From the NCBI RefSeq assembly GCF_036321535.1, contig NC_087437.1:57724001-57788000 (forward strand): a DNA stretch of 64,000 nucleotides. The letters run 5' to 3'. Under the pieces are notes generated by a model that was given only the letters and a program-made list of their open reading frames with translations, did not search any database and was not told where the DNA came from. Numbering within the stretch: position 1 is the first letter of the stretch; every line of letters starts with the position of its first letter. The translations under genes were made by a program, and so were the position numbers. Origin of the DNA: Camelus dromedarius (lineage: Eukaryota). Of this stretch, positions 53,651 through 64,000 are shown in pieces.

Positions 53651-56600
53651 GAACAACCAACTATAATACTTAAATTAGGATAGACTGTGCTCACTTATTA
53701 TCTCCCTATCAAAGGATGAATTATCTTAGAACCGGCTTCATGCAGGCCCATTGCTTGGCACGTGGTGTGGGTCTCAGTAAATGCCAGATGAATAAACATA
53801 CAACTGAAGGGATGTTCCATACTATCTTTGCCTTGAAAATCCAAAAATATTCAACTCTTCAAGCAATAGAGGAGCTAATTAGGCTGAACCTCCAAATTCT
53901 TATAACTGGATAGATTACACTTTGGGGTAAGGGCGGTGTTAGTAACTTTTGCTTCCTAGGGGAAAAAATTAGCACTTCTTGTCAGAGAAACTCGTTTGTT
54001 TTCAGAGGGACCATCTTGTTTAGCCTTTCCAATCATACAACTGTAAGTCAATTTCCTAGTCTCTGTTGCTGTAAAACTGCTCCAACCACTGAAGCTAACG
54101 CTTTCACCTGAGCTGCTATGCATTTTTCAGTAATTTAAATTGGATACATTTTGAACAGAACCAAGTTCATTCAGGGCTAAAGAATGTTTCTCTACATTTA
54201 GGCTGCCCTATTTGAAAATCATTGTTCATTCTTACAAGACCTATCTTCTTTGTTCCAAGAGTTGGCGAGACAAGATCATGCCAAGAAGGGCATGCCAGAC
54301 TAATCCCCTTTGCAATCTACTTTGAAAGAAAGATGGTGGAAAGGTGTGGTGATACCTGGGCTGACTTCTGGTACTCCTCATCTGCTATTATTTAAAATGG
54401 ATAACCCAAACATTTAGAAATGTGCTGATAACTACCATGATTGTTTTTTCTGGACCAGGAGTGGCCAGACCATGTCCTGTGCTGGGAGTGAGTGAGTGTT
54501 TCTCCTATAGGACATGAATGCTCCACTCTCAGTCATCACGCAATTAAAAAAAAAAAAAATCAACGAGCCTTAGAATGGGAATGGGAATAACTTCTCTGTC
54601 TCTCCGCAATCTGGAGTAGTAGTTTCCAACTGCTGGGGAAATAAAGAAATCCATAATGCAAAACGAGGCTAGGGGCTACAAAGAGACGATCAGGAGGCTC
54701 TCCTAGAGGAGAACGCAGCCTATGGACTTTAGCAGCAGTGGTAGCTGATGTCTGTCTGTAGATTTTCATTCTCCACACTGCTATACACCTCTGCCTTCCT
54801 CAGTATTCAGAAAATTATTCTGAAGACCCACAGGCTGGTTTTCCTCAAGACTGAAAGAGGAGAGTAAGAAAGTTCCTGTATCTCAGTGGTTCAGAGTGAA
54901 GAATATTGACAGAGCTGTCAAATGAACACCAGGACATATTTGTGGAATGTGTAAATACTCCTCAGTATTTCCTAGAAATTACCTGGTGAGGGAAACACAA
55001 CAAAGGAATGGAAAATCAATGGTCTACTGAGTCTACCTGCCAGGACTTGAAAACAAATTAAAGTGAATTTACTAAGTCCTCTGGAGGTAGGATTTTTTCA
55101 GTTACGCTGATTCTACAGCATTAAAATTTAATGTGACTTTTGTTTGCCTCCTGTCTTGATCTTCCAAATAATCTACCAACACAACAGACAGTTAAAACTC
55201 GAGCAACATGAACTATTAAGACTAAAGTTAGTGCTACCATGTTTGATTCCAAAAATTTAGTTATCAAAAGTCACTTAAGTGTATCATCCAAATTACCTGT
55301 TACAAACAAATTACTCCCTGATAACATTTTACATTTCTTTCTACAAATAAAATGAAATCCAGTATTTTTCTTAATGTTATGCATATTACGGTAATTATCA
55401 GTTATAAGAAAACAAACAGGAATCTTTACAAATGAAATTGGCTAGGTATAGACTCCTTTGCTTTTTACCAAAATTAAGGCCTATCTTAAAACAGTGAGGG
55501 AAAGTTAAACACACAGATTAAAATTTTAAGTACATCCTAAGATTTAGTATGGTGCACTTTTTTTTTTTCACCTTAAATTAAGAGAAAGACTAAGATGGGA
55601 TAAACCACACACTAACAGCATGTATCTGGTATTTTATAACACCAGGAGGGATAAAAGGCAAGAAAAAGAAGAGCAGGAAATACTGAAAACTAAGTGCCCA
55701 GGATTTCACAGGCTGAGAACCTTACAGACATTAAGGCAGTTAATGCTCAGAACAACCCTATAAACTCAGAACTATCATTAAATACGAGGCACGGGGAGAC
55801 CGAGGAACTAGCCCACAGTCACACAGAACCAGGGAAATATTATACGGCTGTTAAAGTATACGTTACTGAAGGCTTAAAAATAGTTTTGCCCTTGAAAGTT
55901 ACATGCTGCAAGAGTAAATTCCTGCTCCTACTTTTCACATTTACTTTTGGTTCACAAAAGAGGCACTTTTGTCTTTTCCAACAAATGGGAAGAGAATCTG
56001 TGCCCTTCCATCCACCCTTCTCACTCCTTTCCAAGGAAGAGGAAAAACTTACCTAATTGGTGAGATCTGGGAGGAAAAATGGGGCAGGTGAAGGGTCCTC
56101 AGGCTTGTTGTGGGTTCTCTGTCTCTGTGGATCTGTCCACTGACACATTCTGGACACATTCTGAGCTGCTGAGCAGATAACAAACAGCTCAGGGCTCAGA
56201 CCTGACTTTAGAGGTAACTGTGGAGTCCAAATCTCTCCACTCCACTATTGGGGCTCACCAGGGGGAAGGCTGGATTTCTCAGCAGCCGGGCTTGCTCTGT
56301 GGACCCAACTTTCTCTCTAGTGGGTATTTGCTTACATCAAGATTTAGTTTGGAGAGAATGGTGTTAAGTTCAATTTTGACCATTCTCTAATGCAATATTC
56401 CAGCAATCCAGTAAGAAAGCAGATACATTTCATAGCTGTCCATTGGACACCTTGTCTATTTTCTCAACTGTTTCGAACTCAAGATGAAGATAGAAGGTAG
56501 AGGAAAGGAGGAAAAAGAAAAGTTATGACTGATTACTACCCTCTAAGCCCACCACACGCACAGATCTCTACACAGAGACATTCGTCAAAATTTTTTAAAA

Positions 56601-59101
56601 ACAAAATTCAAAGGTTTAAAAAGATGGATGTGATCCAACAGTAGGCAGATGATAATTATAGTATAAACATGCGATGTCATTCTATAAAGTAATTTAAAAT
56701 CACGTTTAGGAGATTTGTTTGTAAAATGACACATATCTATTAGTGTTTTTAATATCTGTAAGTTAAAAAAAAGAAAATATAAATAAATGGCTCACGATTT
56801 CCCACCTATCTATATCTTGATTTATATATATAAATATATAAAATCAATGTATACAAATCATAAGAAACAATGCAAAAATGCACAAAGCTAAAAAAAAGAG
56901 GCCTCCTTTTCCACTGCCCTAAAAGCATCTCTCTCCAACTAACCACTATTAACAGCTTCTTGTAGTTCCTTTTAAAAAAAGGGTATTTTCCAAATATTTC
57001 AATATGAGTATTTCTTTCCATATTTAGAATAATTGTTTAAGCGCATAGGAAAAGAAACGAAGTATGTAACTTTCATGTGATAACTTGTAAAAATTCACAC
57101 AATAAGAACGGGAAGTATTATACTGAGGTCAAGGTTTTATAAGTGATCTTTCTTATTCAACAGATTTTACATTTTCAAAGTTTCCTGCTATGAGTAGAAA
57201 ACTGCATAATCAAAAATAGATATCACTAGTTTTTTTAATTATAAAAGGAACACATTTTCATTAAAATTCAAATAATATAGAAATAGGTAAAGCAAAAAGC
57301 AAGTCTGTCATCAAACTCCCTAAAGGTAACTGTCATTAACAATTCTAAATGCATTTAACCAAAGATACACAGACATACATAAGTGTATAGATATTTTAGG
57401 TAGATATAGATACACTTATAAATTTAAAGGTTTTCAGGAGAAAATAAATAAACTTATATAGACATACAAATCTCCATCTGGATAAGGCTTGGTTCCCTAA
57501 TCTGCACTATATGACTATAAAGAGGAATGCTCCCCTGCCAAACTCACAGTGAAGTTTGGAAGCCATAGGCCAGAAGTAGTGATTGATACTCTTCATTTTC
57601 CATACTGTGACAATTTAAGAAAATGCAACACCAACCTTTCACTCTGCTTCTCACCATTTCCTGGTCATCCCCGTGCTGTCTGTAAACAGACCAGCACAGA
57701 ACATTACTACCTCGAATTCTTGGTTTCAACTAATCTAGCTTCGGCCTCTGGGTAGCTGGAACCACAGGTATATCCACGATCTCTAGTCCGTGAGTTATCT
57801 GCAGAGTGCTAAAATGGGCTGAGGGTAGCTGGGTTTATCACTATCATTTTGAGGTTGGCTTCATAAGGACTTTCTCTATGCTATCTACCCACAAGCGCCT
57901 CAGCGCCAAGGTCAGACACTGAGCCAACGTGGAGATTCACTGATTCTCAAGTTCCTCCAAGTTAAGCAAATAATTAGTGCCTTAGAGAATGATCCAGCTA
58001 GCAACAACCCCTCTCCCCTCAAAAACGAGAGTCATTTTGTGCCACTAAGTTTTATTTAAAGACCATGCAATCGAGTCCCAGCTGGCTTCATTGAAGCAGC
58101 AACGTGGGCAATCAGTGACACCAACTGCAATGCTATCGTTTCTATAAACAGTAATGAGTGGAGGGGGAAGGACAGTACTAGAAGCTTAAGTATAAACAAG
58201 AAAGATCATTTCAGCAAGAGAGACTGTCTTGGCAGATTCACAGTATATTTCTGATATCCACCCTAGGAAATGCAAATACCCTGCAACACTTAACGGCATA
58301 ACAAATAATATTCGGTCATGGCATTCATAACATCGTGCAATGAAAATAACATGGCATAAAGACAGCAATTTCAACCACTGAGGTGTACAAAGAAGAGCTT
58401 CACTGTTTAAAGATATTCCATGATAATTGAGGGAACAGATCTATAAGTACTCCTCGGACGTTTCTTTCTAACTCTGATATCAGAGAATACAAGTTGCACT
58501 TTTCTTTGAAGCTGATGTGTTATATCTGTGAACAAATGGACTTAGGTGGAAGTAGGGGCAGAGGAGAGGCATAAAATAGACAACTAGGCAGCATATCTGA
58601 ATATGAGCAATGCTGGGTAGGCTTGAATTGAGTTGTAGGGTAATTCTTCATAAAAAAAATTGCTTTTCTATACCTGCATCTTATTTGTATTCAAACACAT
58701 TCTTCCAGTAAATATATGTAGATACTATTCCTTTCCATGACAGCCCCCACCTGCCCCACCCAGCACTACCTTTTGAATTCCTAGATGCATTTCAAGTTCA
58801 GGGAGACTAACATGAATCCCAGGCAGAATTAATTATTCCTTCCTTGGGATGATTCTTAACCACAGAACATTAACTCAGGTAAGAGGTTGTTAAATTGAAA
58901 TAAACTGAGGCTCTGAGGTACCCCACCTTTGGGATGTGTTATAATCTGCCTAGTATGATACCTCTTGCTTGTACAGATATCTCTCCCTGCTGAGTCTCCC
59001 GTGCCTAATGCAGAATGTAGCACCAGTCAGTCCACAAAGAGTGTTTGCTAAATTGAAAAATGGCAACCTCTAAAGCTAGAGACGTGTTTCTTTAATTTTC
59101 T

Positions 59102-59228
59102 TTTTTCGGGGGGGGGGTGCAGTTAATTAGGTGTATTTATTTATTTGTTAATAGTGGTACTGAGGATTGAACACAGGACATTGTGCATGCTACGCAGGCA
59201 CTCTACCACTGAACTATACCCTCCCCCC
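59102..59228 (-). mobile_element. Vic-1-type SINE with perfect TSD
   Basis: The minus strand reads GGGGGGAGGGTATAGTTCAGTGGTAGAGTGCC...GTTCAATCCTCAGTACC. TGTTTCTTTAATTTTCT occurs at 59085-59101 and 59229-59245. Confidence 0.9.
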
Positions 59229-59760
59229 TGTTTCTTTAATTTTCTATCCAAAGATGGATAAAGACAGAAAGAAGGCAAGAGTGCCAACTATGGAGGGTTA
59301 GTTGCATGACACACGTATCCAGGACTTCTGGAAAGGTATGGCTTGCCTTCTCTCTTTTGTTGTACTTAACCCAGAGCCAGGCAAATGGATTGCTGGTCCA
59401 TGACCCAGATGAGATTCAGCTCACCCCTTCACCATAAAGCACTGCCCTGGTTTTCTTCCCATGTACACAGCTCTCAGTTTACAGGCTGAGAGAAAAACAA
59501 TTTTATTTGCATTTTCCTTTGGCAAAACTGCAGCAGAGATGAGAGTTGCCACATTTGCACTGTTTTTCAGGTAACATGGCTTGTTCTTCCAGGAACTTGG
59601 AGGCAACAAAAGGTAATAATCCACATTACAGGATAAGTAGAAAAGTAGACCTGAGTCTTTAAGGGTCTTGAAATTAAAGTACAACTTTGAAAGAATAACT
59701 TCAAACATCAGTGGAGTTTCATTACATCTTGAGGGAAAAGATAAACATCATTTAAGAAGC

Positions 59761-60647
59761 CTGTGCCTTTGTCTGGTTTTGGTACAGGGTGATGCTGGCC
59801 TTACAGAATGAGTTTGGAAGTGATCCTTCCTCTGCAAGATTTTTGGAATAGTTTCAGAAGGATAGGTGTTAATTCGTCTCAAAGTGTTAGGTAGAATTCA
59901 CCTGTGAAGCCATCTGGTCGTCAACTTTTGTTGGTTGGGAGTTTTTAAATTACTGATTCAATGTAATTACTGATAATTTGTCTGTTCATATTTTCTACTT
60001 CGTCCTGGTTCATTTCTTCTGGGTTGTGCATTTTATTGCATATGGTTGTTCGTAGTAGTCTCTTACGATCCTTTGTGTTTCTGTGGTGGTTGGTTTAGCT
60101 TCTTTTTCATTTCTGATTTTATTGACTTGGGGCCTCTCTCTTTTTTTCTTGATGAGTCTTAGCAAAAGGTTTACCAATTTCGTTTATCTTTTCAAAGAAC
60201 CAGCTTTTAGTTTCATTGATCTTTTCTATTGTTTTTTCAGTCTCTATTTCATTTATTTCTGCTCTGATCTAAAAAGGAACAAAACTCTGCATTTGCAGCA
60301 CATGGACGGACTTGGAGGGTATTATACTAGGTGACATAAGTCAGACAGAGAAAGACAAATAGTGGATGATATCACTTATATGTGGAATCTAAAAAATACA
60401 ACAAACTAGCGAGTATAACAGAAAAGAAGCAGACTCACACATATAGAGAACAAACTAGTGGTTACTAGTCGGGAGGAGGGGCAATAAAGGTTTAGGGGAG
60501 TGACAGATACAAACTACGGGGTGAAAGACAGGCTCAAGGATGTATTGTATAACATGGCGAATATAGCCAATATTTTATAATAACTGTAAATCGAGCATAA
60601 CGTTTAAAAAATGTACAATTTTTTTTTTAAATCTGTAATTAAGAAAA
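59761..60647 (+). mobile_element. L1 insertion with 5' inversion
   Basis: 59761-60270 is antisense mid-ORF2 sequence and 60271-60647 is a sense 3' end. AAGAAGC flanks both sides (59754-59760 and 60648-60654). Confidence 0.8.
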
Positions 60648-60884
60648 AAGAAGCAAGGTACCCACTAGCTCAGGACAAGCACTAACTTACTAGATGATGA
60701 CAAAACCCCATACTTTGGTATGCTAAACTAATTATTCAAAGATTATGAAAGGAAGCCAATACATCAATTCATTATATACTACAGATGATATCATGGAGAA
60801 ATTAAAGTGTTTGACTGGAGAGAACCTTAAACAGAGCCCAATAATCTTTCATTAAATTTGACTATTTTAAACTGTCCTGCCTTA

Positions 60885-61270
60885 CCACGTCAGTCAAGAT
60901 TAGCCAGATACCAAATGACCTTAAAAATCTAAGTTACTCACAAAAAGAAATTTTAACTTCTCATTTGTGCTAAATGTCCATCACGGGTTGCATAGCAGGG
61001 CTGTATTACTACAGACACTCAGGGACACAGACTGATGGAGAAATCACTACCTTGAACATCATCAGAAGGTCAGAGCCTGAGGTGACCTGTGCTCTGGCTA
61101 TTAAAGCTATATCCACATGGAAGAGAGGAGCAACACTTCTGTTCACATTTCATTCGTTAATGCAAGGCATATGGTGACACCTAAGTTCAAGGGAAGGGGG
61201 TAATGCCATCCTGCAGTATGCCCAAGAGAACCCAAAATATTGGGTGAACGAACAGTAATGACACCTACTA
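60885..61270 (-). mobile_element. MLT1I/K-like MaLR LTR
   Basis: It contains 'cagtcaagattag...aaatgtccatcacggg...cactcagggacacagactgatggag...cctaagttcaaggg...aatattgggtgaac'. Confidence 0.6.
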
Positions 61271-62324
61271 ATTTTGCACATAGCAGGCACTTGGCAAACT
61301 GCTTTTCTGAAGTTCCGTAACACAAATGAGCTAATAAAAAGCACTAACTTCTTGAATTTTCTGACATTAACACTGAAAATGTCATGTAAAATAACAGAAA
61401 TCACTTTGAAAATGAAAGCCATAAGAAAGCAATGATCATTTTGTACACTTTATGATTCATATTCATTTTAGCCATGGGAGCAATATTAAAATAGTGAAGA
61501 ATTTTAAGCTTATGACATTAAAAGCAGCTCAAAGAAACATTCTACAGCAAAGGAAGTTGCCACATATAAATTGGCAATTATTCTTTAACATAGTTTTCCC
61601 AGATTGGATAACTGAAGGAAGTTACTCACTGAAATCACCCATTTTCAAAATTAAAACAGTGTGAACAACTGAGTACATGGCTTCAAACGGTGGGTTTTGT
61701 CATCTGTTTTTTGATCTGGTGGATTTCTGAAGATTGAATTTGAATCTAAAATATCCTCAATTTTTAAATACATTATTGTCATCTGTCCCAGTTTCAGAGG
61801 GCATCTGTTACCTACATCTCTGAAGAAAAAGTAAAGAAGTAAAGGTAGGTTGGAGCTGAAAACAACTGTCTACTGCTATCTTTGTAGAGGATCCCTTTCT
61901 GGGAAATAAGCTTAAAGCAATCTCCACTTTGCAGTCAAACACTCTGTCTTGGATCACCTGACTGTCCTGTTGAGTAGTTAAAGCCCGCAGCCCTTAGATA
62001 CACACTAGCTGATGCAACGTGATTGTAAGTGCAGTTTCAATTTAGATGTCAGCGCTATCCTGGAAAGGAAGGGAGAGGCAGGGTTTGGGTTCTGTGTTTT
62101 TATGAAGATGGATAAATTATTTTTGCCTAGGGTGTTTTCATTCCCACAGCCAGGCGGCTTGATGTGACTGCATAGCTCAATCTCTAGACATCTGCTAACC
62201 TTCCATGCTACCAGGCTGAGTAGCCCCTAACTGACTATCACAGAAGAGTTATTATGACTGTATACAGAAAGAGAGGCTAACGGCTGATTTTCTGGAACAG
62301 CTTAGGGTGGTTAGACAAGCCCAG

Positions 62325-62380
62325 CACCTCCCCGCCCCAGCTGTGCGCGCACGCGCGTCCACACGCACACGCTTACATCA
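62325..62380. promoter_or_regulatory. Candidate promoter/enhancer patch (GC box + NRF1 motif)
   Basis: CCCCGCCCC (62330-62338) is followed by CGCGCACGCGCG (62346-62357), which matches NRF1 YGCGCAYGCGCR. There is a local CpG cluster. Confidence 0.4.
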
Positions 62381-64000
62381 CTACAACCTTCGGGACCTGC
62401 TACCAAAGTGCTGCCCTCCCCTTCAGGGTGATGCCTGCTGGAACTTTCTCAGGAGCCTCCTTCTTCTGCAACATTAGAATGGTCTCTCCTGCTGAAGTGA
62501 CGAGAAACCTGTAACCTTAACACCCTTCTCTGATAGAACATTTCCGCTTTCCTCCCAACTAGATCTTGAGAAGGACCCGAGCAGGTATTACAGCTACTGT
62601 CTTTAATCCCTGCTCTTGTGTGAGCGTGCATTTCTTTGTAAAGGTCGCATCTCTAGAGAAAAATGAATCTGCCTTACGGTCTCCAAACTGAAAACATAGT
62701 ATTTTATCAGGTTAATAAAAGTGCCAATACTCTGAGCAGAACTGCTTAGAATTTTAAACTTGTTACTTGTTTTTTTTTAAATATCTAGGCGCCACATGAA
62801 AACAAAAACACTAAGAAAAAGTAAATTTTATTTTGAGAAATGGGGAAAAAAAAGGATTGTAAGAGACCAGGAAATAACCTTGAACAATTCATTTAATCTT
62901 GTCCAAGATTGTCTTCTATTTGATTGCTTATGATATCTCCATTCTACTGAAGTATAAAGGATTTAGAAACTAATATAATGGATAAATTAGATAATGTATT
63001 AATATTTGATACTGAGGAGGAAAGACAAGAATAGTAAACTATTTTAATTATACTAAGAATCTCAAGAGTTAGCAACAATCATTTCGTATTTTCTTAATCC
63101 AGTTTATTTAATAAAACCTAAATAAAATACTGGCAAATATTTTTGCATGGCAAAAACTGAAATATTTACAATTCCAAAAGTTCAGCAATCCATGAGGAGA
63201 ACCTTTTAACCTCTTATAACAAATTATGTCACTTCTCTCCTGTGGACCTTACTTTCCTCAAATGTAAAATAATGGGGCAGAAGTAGCTTGCATAAAACTT
63301 TTACTCCCTGTTAATACAGTTCAAAATAATATTGTATTACTCTTTAGGTAAGTTTAAAATTTTTAAATTGTGCCCTCTTTTTATAAATTTACTCCATGAA
63401 ACCGTATATGATGTCTTTGCCTCAATTTGCATTCACAAACTGAGCCTAACAACATTTCATGCAGATTTACTGTGATGTTGTTCGTACTAAGGACACAAGC
63501 CATATGAAAGAAATCACTTTAAAATGGAACGCAATAATAATAATATCTAAAATGTACCCAGCATGTTGTATACAGTAGACTCAAAAGTCCTTAGAACAAT
63601 TCCTGGCATAGAGTAAGAGCTCAATAAATCTTTGGCCGTTATTAAGTCATTTCATCTTTACCACAACCTATAAGGTAAGCACTATTACCAAAGTAATTTA
63701 TATTTATGCATAAATTGAGCAACAGCAAGGTCATGTAAGTTATCCAAGATTATAAACTAAGAAAAAAACCACAGTTCAAACAAAAGCAATGTAGTTCCCA
63801 GAAACAATCTCTTGGCAACTCTATACATCTGTCTGTAAAGGAACCTTCATCTCCACAGCTTGTGACTATACCATTTTATAAGCATTCTCCTCGTGTGATA
63901 GTACCCTAAAATAACCAACTACCCCACAAACTCAAAATTGTATATAAAATGCAACAGTGTTCACAGATCACATGATAAACCTAGGATCAAACAAGAAATA

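Noticed and set aside
63335..63353. Plus-strand TCTTTAG|GTAAGT recursive-splice-like motif
   Set aside because: It is isolated, has a weak pyrimidine tract, and lies opposite to the inferred transcription strand. It shows that such motifs arise by chance.

Overview
This is AT-rich mammalian genomic DNA, almost certainly camelid (camel, alpaca or llama): it carries four tRNA-derived Vic-1-type SINEs and several lineage-type L1 3' ends. I recognise no host protein-coding exon, RNA gene, CRISPR array or prokaryotic-type system. The only ORF with a recognisable product is a decayed L1 ORF2 C-terminus (32657-33385). A large share of the window is interspersed repeats: L1, L2, MIR, MaLR/ERVL/ERV1 solo LTRs and hAT-Charlie DNA transposons. 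Weak signs suggest the window lies in a large intron or 5' region of a minus-strand transcription unit: a CpG-richer left edge, several minus-strand mini-exon candidates, and mostly plus-oriented recent L1s. The points most worth a second look are a divergent CTCF motif pair (one inside an LTR41-like element), a MER41-like solo LTR containing a poly(A)-only insertion, a 5'-inverted (twin-primed) L1, a TCF/LEF motif cluster, and an Sp1+NRF1 promoter-like patch. Repeat family names come from my recall of consensus sequences, not from a database search. Boundaries of old repeats are approximate.
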